DNA of 64,000 nt from Candidatus Undinarchaeales archaeon (GCA_046483005.1 JAWOEA010000004.1:23323-87322), one strand, 5' to 3'; numbered from the stretch's first letter, positions 1-10,535 are shown. Numbers and translations: made by a program. The notes: generated from the sequence alone by a model not told the origin.

Positions 1-99
1 GTATACGGAAGGGTTTTTTTTCTTTTTCAGTAGTTTTTTTAATTCGGATTCTTTTACTACTTCAATTATGTTTCTTGTTATTAAGTCAATTTTTTTCAT
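1..99 (-). CDS. tyrS: Tyrosyl-tRNA synthetase, N-terminus only (runs off the left edge)
   Basis: Hand translation MKKIDLITRNIIEVVKESELKKLLKKKKNPSVY resembles the archaeal TyrRS N-terminus. ATGA overlap with the upstream ORF. Confidence 0.65.
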   Translation of the reverse strand, partial: MKKIDLITRNIIEVVKESELKKLLKKKKNPSVY

Positions 100-263
100 T
101 CTTTTGTGATTAATTCTGAAATTCCGCAGTTATTGCATTTTATTTTGTATTCGAATTTTTCGCCTGTAACTTTTTGAAGTGCTTTCTTTTTTCTTTCATC
201 TATTTCTGCAACTTTCAGATCCTCTGAACCGCAGAGAGAGCATTTTTTTGGTTTCTTTGTCAT
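96..263 (-). CDS. Small Zn-ribbon protein (55 aa)
   Basis: Hand translation MTKKPKKCSLCGSEDL...KCNNCGISELITKE with two CxxCG motifs. Below the ORF-track cutoff. Confidence 0.75.
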   Translation of the reverse strand: MTKKPKKCSLCGSEDLKVAEIDERKKKALQKVTGEKFEYKIKCNNCGISELITKE

Positions 264-353
264 ACTGGATAATTAATGATTCCTGATTATATAGATTATC
301 CTTTAAGAAGGGAACATCTTTTAAACTTTGAATTGTTAAATTGGTTTAGAATA

Positions 354-938
354 ATGAACGAAAAAACTAAACTAGGACTAATTGCACTGTCACTTATTGC
401 AGTGATTTTCGTAGCAGGATGCGCCGGGGGAACTCCGGAAGGAACTGAAGGAGGAGAAGAAACTACCGGCGGAGAAACTGCAAGCGGAACCGGTTCAGAA
501 TCTGCGGCCAGTTTTGCTGCAGCTATGTCATCCGGAGAAAGCTACAAATGCGTAGTCACTACCACAGATATGGAAGAACTTAATGAAATGACCATCTGGG
601 TTAAAGGCGGAGACGCCAGGGTTGAGTATGCAACAAGTGAAGGAAAAGAATACAACCAGATAAACAAGGACGACACAATCTGGTGGTGGGACCCTCAGGA
701 AAAGACAGGAATAACAAGAACAGTAACTGCTGAAGAAACTGAAGGAGAAGAAGGAACAGGAGAAGAATCAAGCGGATTTGAAACAGAAGAACTTGAAACA
801 AGTTATGAATGGGAATGCACCGCAACTTCAGTCAGCGACAGCAAGTTTAACCCGCCGGACGATGTTGAATTCATAGACATGAGCGAAGGATTCAGCTCCG
901 AAGATGTTGAAACTTTGGCAGAGCAATACGGATCTTAA
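354..938 (+). CDS. Acidic secreted lipoprotein, possibly LolA-like beta fold
   Basis: Start moved to MNEKTK. Signal peptide with lipobox FVAGC, G/E/T-rich linker, C-terminal F-x-P-P motif. Confidence 0.7.
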   Translation: MNEKTKLGLIALSLIAVIFVAGCAGGTPEGTEGGEETTGGETASGTGSESAASFAAAMSSGESYKCVVTTTDMEELNEMTIWVKGGDARVEYATSEGKEYNQINKDDTIWWWDPQEKTGITRTVTAEETEGEEGTGEESSGFETEELETSYEWECTATSVSDSKFNPPDDVEFIDMSEGFSSEDVETLAEQYGS

Positions 939-949
939 ACTAAAAAATG

Positions 950-986
950 GAGGAGAGAAATGCAATCTCCTCTTGTTTTATTTTTA
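950..986 (+). terminator. Hairpin plus T-rich tract after the lipoprotein gene
   Basis: GAGGAGA (950-956) / TCTCCTC (966-972) stem followed by TTGTTTTATTTT. Confidence 0.4.
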
Positions 987-1149
987 TTAGAAAATATTTA
1001 ATTAGAATAGAAAGTATAAACTACAAATAACTCGGCGAACTCAACTACTGTCGCCTCGCGAACGAAGTGAGCGAGTGCGGCACCTGTTTTTACCAGATTT
1101 TTCAGCACAGGGAACCACTTGCATAGGGAACCAATTAAAAAATCTGGAG

Positions 1150-1223
1150 TGGGACCGGTGAGATTTGAACTCACGACCACGGCGCCCCGAACGCCGCATC
1201 ACACCAAGCTAGACCACGGTCCC
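1150..1223 (-). tRNA. tRNA-Pro(CGG), intronless, CCA not encoded
   Basis: Reverse complement GGGACCG...CGGTCCCA. Anticodon stem CGGCG/CGCCG with loop TTCGGGG. T-arm GTGAG-TTCAAAT-CTCAC. Confidence 0.95.
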
Positions 1224-1282
1224 GGAATTGCTGTATAATATGTATGTTGAGGTATAATTAAGTTTTTGAGGATAAATTTTTA

Positions 1283-1858
1283 TTAAATTCCAATGTCCCT
1301 AATAATTTTCTTGATTTCTTTTCCAAATTTATTCATCAATAAATAACCAACATATAATAAAACAAGAATAATAACTACATTTTCAGCAGAAAACCCTTTG
1401 ATTGAAGTTGTTTTAATTAAAAATAAAAATCCAGTAACTGTAAAGAAAATAATTTGGATAACTTTTTCGATATTACTTCCCGTGCTGAGAGGTCCTTTAA
1501 AATGAGCAAAATTACTATGTTTACCTATAGGCCAGAACCAATGAATGCCCATCTTAGTAGAAGAATCAGTTATAAAATGGCTGAGTATTCCAAGGAATAC
1601 TGCTAATGTCCAAACAATATTCTTAGATAGGATAAAAATAAGTCCAGTAATAATTAGCAAAAACCAGATATTATGGCAAACATACCTGTGTCCTCCTAGT
1701 AATTTAAGAGGTTTGCCTATAAGATGAGAAGGGTGATCAATATCCGGAATGAACGCTGCAAATCCAGCCAATAAAATAAAACCAAAATTTAAATCAAAAA
1801 AATAAAAAACTAAGGCTCCAGAAAATAAACCAGCAGATATGTGAGTTAGTAATTTCAT
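1283..1858 (-). CDS. Membrane-bound metal-dependent hydrolase (YdjM-like)
   Basis: TH, PDIDHP, GHRYVCH and SHFITD motifs, multiple TM segments. Confidence 0.85.
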   Translation of the reverse strand: MKLLTHISAGLFSGALVFYFFDLNFGFILLAGFAAFIPDIDHPSHLIGKPLKLLGGHRYVCHNIWFLLIITGLIFILSKNIVWTLAVFLGILSHFITDSSTKMGIHWFWPIGKHSNFAHFKGPLSTGSNIEKVIQIIFFTVTGFLFLIKTTSIKGFSAENVVIILVLLYVGYLLMNKFGKEIKKIIRDIGI

Positions 1859-1884
1859 TTTTCTTTAGTTTTATTTCTTAAACC

Positions 1885-2127
1885 TTAAAGCCAACCGGAT
1901 TTTTTCTTTTTCTTCTTTCTCTTGGTGTCTTTTACACGATCGCTTACTGTATAAGTTCTCTTTGCAATTCCTCTTTTCTTTGCCTTCTTTTTGCTGACTC
2001 TCTTCTTTATTTTTCCGTCAAACGGGTCCCTTAAACCAACTGACTTAGTGTTTGTGTAATGATCTACTTTTCCAGTTATTGGATTTCTAACGGCTTTTCT
2101 TTTTGTTTTCTTCTTTTTCTTTGCCAT
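1885..2127 (-). CDS. Small Lys/Arg-rich protein (80 aa)
   Basis: Start moved to MAKKKKK. Internal repeat VRNPITGKV / LRDPFDGKI. Confidence 0.6.
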   Translation of the reverse strand: MAKKKKKTKRKAVRNPITGKVDHYTNTKSVGLRDPFDGKIKKRVSKKKAKKRGIAKRTYTVSDRVKDTKRKKKKKKSGWL

Positions 2128-2176
2128 TTTCTTGAATAAATATATGTTTTTGAGATATAAAAACCTAACTTTTACC

Positions 2177-2221
2177 ACTTACAACCTTCTACCTTCCACC
2201 TACTACCTTCTACCTGCAACC
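2177..2221. repeat. Heptamer tandem tract (ACCTNCH), copy 1
   Basis: acttaca accttct accttcc acctact accttct acctgca acc. Confidence 0.85.
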
Positions 2222-2694
2222 TATTTCTCAATATGATACCACTTATCACATTTTCGGCAGTATTTGAAAAACTCTCCATTGATTTTTTCGAATTTTGTAT
2301 AAAGTGATCCGTCTTCCGGACAAAACATTTCGCTTTCAGTATCTTCTGCGTCTCTTAGTTCTTTCTTAATTTTCTTCTTTTTCTCCCTGTGTTTTTTCTT
2401 TGCTTTTTTCTTTTGTTTCTTTGTTTTGGGCTTCTTTTTAGCTTTCTTTTTCTTGGTCTTTGTTGCAGTACTTTTACTGCCCATAACTTCATCTAAAGGA
2501 ACATTAGCAGCAACTAAAATTTCAGTCCATGTAATTTCCTTGCTTCTTGCAGCATCGTAATATTTTGCATACTTTGATTTTCTAATTGCTCTTGAAGAAA
2601 CATCTACTCCTTTCTCATATAATTCCCTTATTCTTTCTGCAAGATAAGCTATTCTTTCATAATGCTCTTTTGGATACTTCTCGTACTTTCCCAT
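2221..2694 (-). CDS. Putative DNA-binding protein: helical N-domain, Lys-rich linker, C-terminal Zn-ribbon
   Basis: YDAAR...TWTEILVAAN helical motif, poly-Lys linker, CPED...CRKC. Confidence 0.7.
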   Translation of the reverse strand: MGKYEKYPKEHYERIAYLAERIRELYEKGVDVSSRAIRKSKYAKYYDAARSKEITWTEILVAANVPLDEVMGSKSTATKTKKKKAKKKPKTKKQKKKAKKKHREKKKKIKKELRDAEDTESEMFCPEDGSLYTKFEKINGEFFKYCRKCDKWYHIEK

Positions 2695-2746
2695 ATCAAA
2701 AGTATAGAGCTGAACATTTATTTAGTTTACTAAGCACTACATTTCC

Positions 2747-2784
2747 GCCTTCTCCCTTCCACCTACTACCTTCTACCTGCAACC
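2747..2784. repeat. Heptamer tandem tract, copy 2
   Basis: gccttct cccttcc acctact accttct acctgca acc. The 30 bp at 2755-2784 are identical to 2192-2221. Confidence 0.85.
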
Positions 2785-2826
2785 AAACCAAAACCCCTAT
2801 TAATACAAAACACCTACTTTCCAGTT

Positions 2827-5280
2827 ATGGGAGAATACAACTTTTGTCTGCTGGATGTAGATTATATCATAATTGATGAAAAGCCCGTAATTCGAATGTT
2901 CGGCAGAACAGACAAAGGAGAGAGTGTAGTTGCATTTGACCGGACATTTGAGCCTTATTTCTATATAGAATCTGAAAATCCGGAGGAATGCAAAAAGAAG
3001 CTTGAAATCCATGAACCTAATGATTATACGATTAAAAAAACTAAATTAACTGAAAAAATTCTCCTCGGCAAAAAGAAGAAAATGGTTAAAGTTTTTACAA
3101 AAAAACCCGGCGATGTTCCAAAGGCAAGAAGAGATGTAAAAAATATCGACCCTGTCAAAGAAGTTTATGAAGCTCATATTCTTTTTAACAGAAGATATTT
3201 ATTTGACAAAGGGCTCCAGCCGATGACTATGATTAAGGTAAATGGAAAAATAACCAACGATGTAAGGCTTAAAAAGGATACTAAAGCGGACAAATTCATT
3301 GAAATTGAGGGAAACCCAAAAAGCACGGAGAAACCAATTCCAAAATTAAAGGTAATGGCTTTTGATATTGAAGTTTACAATCCAAAAGGGGCTCCAAGAC
3401 CGAAGAAAGATGAAATTATTATGCTCTCATTGAAGTCGGGAGCAGAAGAAAAGGTAATCAGTACAAAAACAGTTGACAAATTTTCAGATAAAATAATTAA
3501 AGTGGATTCTGAACTTGATATTATTAAAAAATTCGAAGAAATTGTAGAAAAAGAGGATATAGACATCTTAGTTGGATACAACACGGACCAGTTCGATCTG
3601 CCGTATATAAGAGACAGGGCGGAGAAGCATAAACATACCTTCAAGCTTGGAAGAACTAATGATAAAATCAAGTTCAAGACGAAAGGAATGTTCGCCGCCG
3701 CTGAAATTAAGGGCAGGGTGCATGTCGATTTATTCCATTATGTTTCATACATCCTTAGAGGTGCTTTAGGAAGTGTAAGTAAGAGGACTCTTTCAAATGT
3801 AGCCCATGTCTTCCTTGATAAAGGAGAAGAAAAAGGAGATATTGACTGGAGAGACATGCCGGAATACTGGAACTCGGACGGCAAAAAACTGGAAACATTT
3901 TTTGAATACTCATTAAATGACGCTGTTATTACTAAACAGCTGTCAGATATTTTCACGCCGAAAATTTATGAAATTGCAAAACTTGTAAAAGTTCCTTTGT
4001 TTGATGCCAACAGAACTTCATACGGACAGTTGGTTGAGAACTATTTAATTTGGAATGCACATGAGAAGGGAGAAGTTGTCCCGAACCGGCCGAAAGAGGC
4101 AGAAAGAGAGAGCAGATATAAAAACGGCTCAATTACAGGGGCTTACGTTCATGAGCCGGAAAAAGGCATGCACGAAGATATTGCACTGCTGGATTTCAGG
4201 TCGCTGTATCCTACAATTATTATTTCGCATAATATTGACCCGGGAACTATTGACTGCAGTTGTTGCAGGGAGACTGCTGAAAGAATTGGAGATACCGGAC
4301 ACTGGTTCTGCGATAAGAGAAAAGGACTGATTCCAACTGTTCTTAATGATATTTTGAATAAGAGAATTAAAATCAAGGAAAAAATGAAAAAACTGGATAA
4401 AGGCAGTCAGGAATATTCTGAATTAGACAATGAACAATATGCTTTGAAAATTCTGGCAAACTCTGCATACGGCTACTTAGCTTACAGAAATGCAAGATGG
4501 TATACAAGAGAGGGAGCTGAATGCGTTACATATCTTGGAAGGATGTATATTAAGAAGATTATGAAAATTGCTGAAAAGAAAGGACTTGATGTCATATATG
4601 GAGACACTGACAGTTTATTTGTTACTACAAAAGAAGGCAAAATAAAGGAGAAACTTCCCGAATTCATGGAAAAAGTCAAGCCGGTTCTCCCCGGAGTTAT
4701 GGAGCTGGAGCTCGAAGGTATTTTCAGAAGAGGCATTTTTGTTTCAAAGAAAAGATACGCTTTAATTGATGATACGGATACAATGAAAATCAAGGGGCTT
4801 GAATTCGTAAGGAAAGACTGGTCCCCTTTAGCAAAAGAAACTCAAAAAAATGTTCTGCAGGCCTTGCTGAAAGACGGTTCTGCTGACAGAGCATTCGAAA
4901 TTGTCAGAAAAGTAATTAAAAAAATAAAATCAGGAGATGTAAAAAAAGAAGACCTTGCAGTTTATACTGAATTGACAAGACCTTTGGATAAATACAAAGT
5001 TACTGCACCCCATATTGCTGTCGGGGAAAGAATGAAGAGAAAAGGCAAGAAAGTAACTACCGGAACTACTGTCGGATATATTATTATGAGAAACGGAGGA
5101 AAAAATATCAGCAGCAGGGCAAGGTCAGTTGAAGAAGCACAACTGAAAAAGTATGACAAGAACTACTATATTAAAAAGCAGATAATTCCAGCCGTTTCAA
5201 GAGTAATGGAAGCTTTAGGTTACGGTGAAGATGAGCTTCTGGGAAAGAAGCAGGAAACACTGGAGGAATACTTTCAATGA
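2827..5280 (+). CDS. polB: Family B DNA polymerase
   Basis: Exo motifs FDIE and YNTDQFD. Pol motifs DFRSLYPT, KILANSAYGY, YGDTDS. Confidence 0.98.
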   Translation: MGEYNFCLLDVDYIIIDEKPVIRMFGRTDKGESVVAFDRTFEPYFYIESENPEECKKKLEIHEPNDYTIKKTKLTEKILLGKKKKMVKVFTKKPGDVPKARRDVKNIDPVKEVYEAHILFNRRYLFDKGLQPMTMIKVNGKITNDVRLKKDTKADKFIEIEGNPKSTEKPIPKLKVMAFDIEVYNPKGAPRPKKDEIIMLSLKSGAEEKVISTKTVDKFSDKIIKVDSELDIIKKFEEIVEKEDIDILVGYNTDQFDLPYIRDRAEKHKHTFKLGRTNDKIKFKTKGMFAAAEIKGRVHVDLFHYVSYILRGALGSVSKRTLSNVAHVFLDKGEEKGDIDWRDMPEYWNSDGKKLETFFEYSLNDAVITKQLSDIFTPKIYEIAKLVKVPLFDANRTSYGQLVENYLIWNAHEKGEVVPNRPKEAERESRYKNGSITGAYVHEPEKGMHEDIALLDFRSLYPTIIISHNIDPGTIDCSCCRETAERIGDTGHWFCDKRKGLIPTVLNDILNKRIKIKEKMKKLDKGSQEYSELDNEQYALKILANSAYGYLAYRNARWYTREGAECVTYLGRMYIKKIMKIAEKKGLDVIYGDTDSLFVTTKEGKIKEKLPEFMEKVKPVLPGVMELELEGIFRRGIFVSKKRYALIDDTDTMKIKGLEFVRKDWSPLAKETQKNVLQALLKDGSADRAFEIVRKVIKKIKSGDVKKEDLAVYTELTRPLDKYKVTAPHIAVGERMKRKGKKVTTGTTVGYIIMRNGGKNISSRARSVEEAQLKKYDKNYYIKKQIIPAVSRVMEALGYGEDELLGKKQETLEEYFQ

Positions 5281-5909
5281 TTAAATGGATTTTCTTTGAT
5301 ATTGACAACACGTTGTATGAATCAAAAAAATTGGCTGAAGAAGCCAGAAAAAATGCAGTAAATGCAATGATATCTGCAGGACTGCCGGTTCAGTCGGTTT
5401 CAGAGACTTACACAAAATTAAAGCAGATAATAGATGAATACGGTCCGAATTATTCAAAACATTTCGATAAGCTTGTTGAACAGTTTGATGTTGCAGAAGA
5501 TAAATACGATATAATCGCTGCAGGAGTTATTGCATATCATAATACTAAATTCGCCATGCTGAAACCCTCATTTGAAATTATAAATACTTTGAAAGAGCTG
5601 AAAAAAGAATATAGATTAGGGATAATTTCAAACGGCAGACCAGTTAAACAAAGAGAAAAATTAATCCGGCTTGACTTGCAGGACTTTTTTGAAGTTGTTG
5701 TAATTTCTGAAGAAATCGGCACTCAAAAACCGAAACCGAAAATATTCAGGACAGCAGTTGAAAATGCGGGCTGCAAACCGGAAGAAGCAGTCATGATAGG
5801 AGACAAAGAATCAGATATGGCAGCTGAAAAAATTGGAATGCATACCATAAATATTAAAGATTTAGAAGACTTTGAACAAATTAAAACAGAGGTTGATGAT
5901 ATTGAATGA
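5277..5909 (+). CDS. HAD-superfamily hydrolase
   Basis: FFDIDNTLY, KPKP and MIGD motifs. Confidence 0.92.
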   Translation: MIKWIFFDIDNTLYESKKLAEEARKNAVNAMISAGLPVQSVSETYTKLKQIIDEYGPNYSKHFDKLVEQFDVAEDKYDIIAAGVIAYHNTKFAMLKPSFEIINTLKELKKEYRLGIISNGRPVKQREKLIRLDLQDFFEVVVISEEIGTQKPKPKIFRTAVENAGCKPEEAVMIGDKESDMAAEKIGMHTINIKDLEDFEQIKTEVDDIE

Positions 5910-6456
5910 AAAAATAAAAGAGGCAGTCGAAGCTTTAAAAAATGGAGGAGTCATTGTTTATCCTACAGAGACGGTTTACGGTTTAGGGGCGGATATATTT
6001 AATGAAAAGGCAGTTAAGAAAATTGCAGGAATGAAGGGCTGGAAAGAAAAGAGACCGATTTCAGTTGCATTAAAAGAAGACCAAATTGAAGATTTTGCAG
6101 TTGTTGATGACAATTCACTGGAATTAATTGACAGGCTTCCCGGTCCAATGACACTTGTTTTAAGAAAACAGAATAAAGTTCCAAACTGGATTACAGAAAC
6201 AGATTATGTAGGACTAAGAGTTCCTGAAAGTGAAACTGCAATGCTGCTTGCCGAAAATTTTGGTCCGATTACTTCTACTTCAGCCAATGTCAGCGGGCAG
6301 AAAGCCCCTTATAAAGTTGAAAATATAGATGAACGGATAAAAGAAAAAGCAGATTACATTTTAGATGAAGGAGAAACCAGATATAAGGCTCCGAGTACGG
6401 TAGTTAAGATAAATGATGATATTGAGATACTCAGAGACGGTGTTTTAGAAATATGA
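5896..6456 (+). CDS. tsaC: Threonylcarbamoyl-AMP synthase (YrdC/TsaC single-domain type)
   Basis: YPTETVYGLG, PGPMT, TSTSANVSG and PSTVV motifs. No Sua5 C-terminal domain. Confidence 0.92.
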   Translation: MILNEKIKEAVEALKNGGVIVYPTETVYGLGADIFNEKAVKKIAGMKGWKEKRPISVALKEDQIEDFAVVDDNSLELIDRLPGPMTLVLRKQNKVPNWITETDYVGLRVPESETAMLLAENFGPITSTSANVSGQKAPYKVENIDERIKEKADYILDEGETRYKAPSTVVKINDDIEILRDGVLEI

Positions 6457-7349
6457 ATTCAGAAGTTTTAAAAAAATACAAGGAAGCAGGAAAAATCTGG
6501 AAGAAGGCTGAAAAGCTCGGGAGAAAACTCGTTAAACCCGGAACAAAAGTCCTGGACATTACTGAAAAAATTGAAGCTTTAATTAGAGAAGAAGGCGGAG
6601 AAATGGCTTTTCCTTTGAATATTGGAATTGATGATGTTGCAGCTCATTTTACTCCTGATTCGGACTGTAAAATTGAAATTAAAGAAGATTCTCTGATAAC
6701 TTTAGATATTGGAGTTCATGTAGACGGATACATTGCTGATGCCGCATTTACATTAAGTATGAGTGAATCAGAAGAACATATGAATTTAATTGAAGCCGCT
6801 GAAAAATCTTTAGAAAATGCAATTGAAGTTGTTAAGCCTGGGGTCAATGTTGAAAAAATAGGAGAAGCTGTTGAAGAAACTATGGAAGAATATAATGTTA
6901 AACCAATTTCAAATTTAACGGGACATAACGTTGATCAGTATTCACTGCATTCAGGACTGACAATTCCAAATGTTAAGAAAAAAGGAGGAACTATAAAGGC
7001 AGGTACTGCAATTGCAATTGAACCTTTTTCTACGAACGGAGCCGGGCAGGTTCATGATGCACAGGAGATTCATATTTATGAGTTTTTGAAAAAGAAAAAT
7101 ATCAGAATGCAGGAAAGCAGGAAAATTCTGCAGATGGCTGAACGTGACTTTAATAAACTGCCTTTTGCAAAAAGATGGCTTGAAAAAAATGTAAGCAGTT
7201 TAAAGTTAAAAATGGCCCTGAAAGAGCTGCTTGATGCCGAAGCATTGTATCAATATCCTGTCTTAAAGGAGAAGGAAAAAGGACTAGTCGCCCAGGCAGA
7301 ACATACTATGATAGTCCAGGAAGACGGAGCTCTTTTAACTACTGCATAA
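6453..7349 (+). CDS. map: Methionine aminopeptidase type II
   Basis: AAHFTP, DIGVHVDGYIAD, AIEPF, AQAEHT. Confidence 0.97.
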   Translation: MNSEVLKKYKEAGKIWKKAEKLGRKLVKPGTKVLDITEKIEALIREEGGEMAFPLNIGIDDVAAHFTPDSDCKIEIKEDSLITLDIGVHVDGYIADAAFTLSMSESEEHMNLIEAAEKSLENAIEVVKPGVNVEKIGEAVEETMEEYNVKPISNLTGHNVDQYSLHSGLTIPNVKKKGGTIKAGTAIAIEPFSTNGAGQVHDAQEIHIYEFLKKKNIRMQESRKILQMAERDFNKLPFAKRWLEKNVSSLKLKMALKELLDAEALYQYPVLKEKEKGLVAQAEHTMIVQEDGALLTTA

Positions 7350-7405
7350 TAACCTTTTTAACCTTTAAAACCTTATAATAAGATACAATTTTTTGAGGTG
7401 ATATA

Positions 7406-7918
7406 ATGAATCCAGAAGAGGAAGCACAGAAAAAAGAGGAAGAAAAATCAGAAGACAAACCACAAGAAGAGAATGAAGACAAAGAAATAGAACAAGAGTT
7501 AGAAAAAGAAGACAGACTTCCTTTTGCTAATGCGAGAGTAGTTTCACTCCTGAAGAAAGGACTTGATGAAGATAAAATGGTCCGGTCCAGAGTCAAGAAA
7601 GAAGCAAACGAATGGCTCGGAAAAATGGCTATGAGAGTTGCAAACGACATGAACAAAAGCCCTTATACCATGATTGAAGCAGGAGATCTGCACAGAGCAA
7701 TTAAGAAGTATGAACAGCTCGAAAGAGTCGCAGAGCAGAAAGAGAGGATGGTTCTCGCTTTACAAAGGATCATCGAAGACTGCAAACTTCTTATTTCAGA
7801 TGTAGAAAGAAGTTTTGACATAGATGACGAACTGAAAAGAAAAGATAAACCAGGAAAAACTCTTTCTAAAACAGCAAAAGAAGAACAGGAAGCTGAAAAC
7901 GAAGAATCTGAAGAGTAA
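7406..7918 (+). CDS. Histone-fold protein with acidic tails and C-terminal coiled coil
   Basis: LPFANARVVSLLK...RVKKEANEWLGK...TMIEAGDLHRAI aligns by eye to the three helices of archaeal histones. Confidence 0.7.
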   Translation: MNPEEEAQKKEEEKSEDKPQEENEDKEIEQELEKEDRLPFANARVVSLLKKGLDEDKMVRSRVKKEANEWLGKMAMRVANDMNKSPYTMIEAGDLHRAIKKYEQLERVAEQKERMVLALQRIIEDCKLLISDVERSFDIDDELKRKDKPGKTLSKTAKEEQEAENEESEE

Positions 7919-7981
7919 AAAAGCGGTTGTAAATCAGCATGTCACATGAAGGGCAGCCGCAGCTCTCTTCTCTTTTTAAAA

Positions 7982-10243
7982 TTATCCAACATATCTTGGT
8001 TTATCTGCAGAGCCTGTCGCAGCTCTCTGTTTGAAATTCTTAAGAACTTCTTCATATGACTGCTTTGTTTCGTCACTCATTGTAGGAGAGATGGTCTCCA
8101 TTGCATCTTTGAAATTCTTCATGGTTATTTTCTTTGATTTAATATCTTTCCTTAAAGCAAGCATTGCTGCTTCTCTGCATAGAGCTTCAATGTCTGCTCC
8201 GACATAATTTTCAGTTAATTCTGCAAGCTCGTCTAGTTTAACATCATCTGCAAGAGGCATATCTCTTGTATGCACTTCAAATATTTTCTTCCTTGCTTCT
8301 TCATCCGGTACAGGAGTTAGGATATGTCGGTCAAATCTTCCCGGTCTCAAAAGTCCAGGGTCAATTATGTCAGGCCTATTTGTTGAAGCAATTACAACTA
8401 CATTTTCGAGCTCTTCTAAGCCGTCCAGTTCAGTTAAAAGCTGATTTACAACTGTTTCAGTTACATGAGAACCAGTATGTCCTCCTCTTTTTGGGGCTAA
8501 AGCATCCAATTCATCAAAAAATATAACGCTTGGAGCAACCTGTCTTGCCTTCTTGAATATTTTTCGTACTCCTCTTTCAGATTCGCCTACCCACTTGCTA
8601 AGCAGTTCAGGTCCTCTGACAGATATAAAATTTGAATCTGATTCATTTGCAACTGCTTTGGCGAGCATAGTTTTTCCTGTTCCCGGCGGTCCGAACAAGA
8701 GGACGCCTTTTGGAGGATGTATTCCCATATTTTTGAAAGCTTTCGGCTTCTTGAGAGGCCACTCAACTGCTTCTTTGAGTTCCTGTTTGACATTTTCAAG
8801 ACCTCCGACATCCTTCCATGAAAGTTTAGGAACTTCGACCATGACTTCACGCATTGCACTTGGTGAAACATTTCTTAAACCAGATTTGAAATCTTTCTTA
8901 TTGACTCTTAAATTTTCCATGATTTCAGTAGGAACTTCTTTTTCTTCCTCAAGATTTAATTTTGGAAGTGTCCTTCTTAAAGCAGCCATTGCCGCTTCTT
9001 TGGCAAGAGCCTCTAAATCTGCCCCTACATAACCATAAGTCACATCAGCCCATTTGTCAAGACTGATGTTTTTGTCAAGAGGCATTGCTCGGGTATGAAT
9101 CTGTAAAATTTCTTTTCTTCCTTTTCTGTCAGGAACGCCAATTTCAATTTCTCTATCAAATCTGCCTCCTCTTCTTAGAGCAGAGTCCAATGCATCAACC
9201 CTGTTAGTTGCTGCAATGACGACGACTTTTCCTCTTGATTTTAAGCCATCCATCTGGGAAAGTAAAGTTGCAACAACCCTTCTTTCTACTTCTCCTTTAA
9301 CTTCTTCTCTTTTTGGAGCTATTGCATCAATTTCATCAATAAATATGATTGTAGGAGCATTCTTTTCTGCTTCTTCGAATACCTGTCTTAATCTCTTTTC
9401 TGATTCTCCATACCATTTTGACATAATTTCAGGACCATTTATGGACATGAAGTTTGAATGGGTTTCATTTGCGACTGCTTTTGCAAGGAGAGTCTTTCCT
9501 GTTCCAGGAGGGCCATGTAAAAGAACTCCCTTTGGAGGTTCAATTCCAAGCTTGTCAAATAATTCAGGATGTTTTAATGGAAGCTCAATCATTTCTCTTA
9601 CTTTAGAAATTTCATCTCCAAGTCCGCCAATATCTTCGTAAGTGACCTGAGGGATTTTCTCCATTTCTTTCATTTCAACAGCTTTAGGATTTACCTGAAC
9701 CTGAGTCATATCGGTAATAACTACCGGTCCTTTCGGCTTGGTTGAAACTACCATTAATTTTAAATTAGCAAAACCAAACATTGGTTCAAATGCATTTGAA
9801 AATAAATCTGAGAAAGGATCTTTCTGTTTAGGCTGAGCTCTGATAGGACTTACAATATCTCCTTTCATTACTGGTCTGCCCATGAAACTTTTTTCAATTC
9901 CGGAGCCCACCATCTGAATTTGAATTCCTTTCTGGGCCGGAGCGAGAACTACTTTGTCTGCTTCTTTGACTTCTGCCTTTCTTATTTTGATATGCTCTCC
10001 AATACTTCCTCCGGAATTCCTTCTTAAAATCCCGTCCATCCTTACAACTTCTCTGCCTACATCGCTTGGATAAGCTTTGGCTGCAACAGCTACTGATTTT
10101 CTTTCGCCCTCAAGTTCAACAACATCTCCGGGCGCGACATTTATCTTTTTCATGGATTTAGAATCAAGTCTAACTATGCCCTTTTCCGCGTCGTTGGGCC
10201 TCGCCTTTATTACCTTTAATTCTATTTCCTCTTTTTCAGTCAT
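7982..10243 (-). CDS. cdc48: CDC48/VCP AAA+ ATPase
   Basis: N-domain plus two AAA modules (GPPGTGKT twice, DEID/DELD, GRFDR). Confidence 0.98.
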   Translation of the reverse strand: MTEKEEIELKVIKARPNDAEKGIVRLDSKSMKKINVAPGDVVELEGERKSVAVAAKAYPSDVGREVVRMDGILRRNSGGSIGEHIKIRKAEVKEADKVVLAPAQKGIQIQMVGSGIEKSFMGRPVMKGDIVSPIRAQPKQKDPFSDLFSNAFEPMFGFANLKLMVVSTKPKGPVVITDMTQVQVNPKAVEMKEMEKIPQVTYEDIGGLGDEISKVREMIELPLKHPELFDKLGIEPPKGVLLHGPPGTGKTLLAKAVANETHSNFMSINGPEIMSKWYGESEKRLRQVFEEAEKNAPTIIFIDEIDAIAPKREEVKGEVERRVVATLLSQMDGLKSRGKVVVIAATNRVDALDSALRRGGRFDREIEIGVPDRKGRKEILQIHTRAMPLDKNISLDKWADVTYGYVGADLEALAKEAAMAALRRTLPKLNLEEEKEVPTEIMENLRVNKKDFKSGLRNVSPSAMREVMVEVPKLSWKDVGGLENVKQELKEAVEWPLKKPKAFKNMGIHPPKGVLLFGPPGTGKTMLAKAVANESDSNFISVRGPELLSKWVGESERGVRKIFKKARQVAPSVIFFDELDALAPKRGGHTGSHVTETVVNQLLTELDGLEELENVVVIASTNRPDIIDPGLLRPGRFDRHILTPVPDEEARKKIFEVHTRDMPLADDVKLDELAELTENYVGADIEALCREAAMLALRKDIKSKKITMKNFKDAMETISPTMSDETKQSYEEVLKNFKQRAATGSADKPRYVG

Positions 10244-10244
10244 T

Positions 10245-10535
10245 TTATATCTCGTTAACTTCTCTTAAATCCTTAAGTTTCTGAAGCAGGAACTGTTCGT
10301 ATTGGTCTATGATAGTATCTATATTTTCTCCTTGTTCTCCTTTAAAAAAGTTTGCAATTTCAGCCCATATTTCCTCGTTGAATTCCTCGCAACCCATTAA
10401 ACCGCTTACCATAACTACATTTACAGTGGTTGTAAAGGATAAATCAAGTCCGCTGGCTATCATATTGCCTCTCAGCTTTTGGATTGTGTCATAAAGTTTC
10501 TTATTTATTGAGATGGTTTTTCTCACAACAGTCAT
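10245..10535 (-). CDS. Putative ribbon-helix-helix protein upstream of cdc48
   Basis: N-terminal alternating strand VRKTISI followed by two helices. 1-bp gap to cdc48. Confidence 0.55.
   Translation of the reverse strand: MTVVRKTISINKKLYDTIQKLRGNMIASGLDLSFTTTVNVVMVSGLMGCEEFNEEIWAEIANFFKGEQGENIDTIIDQYEQFLLQKLKDLREVNEI

Noticed and set aside
1150..1223. tRNA-Pro as the attachment site of an integrated element
   Set aside because: No second copy of the tRNA end and no integrase were seen within the window.
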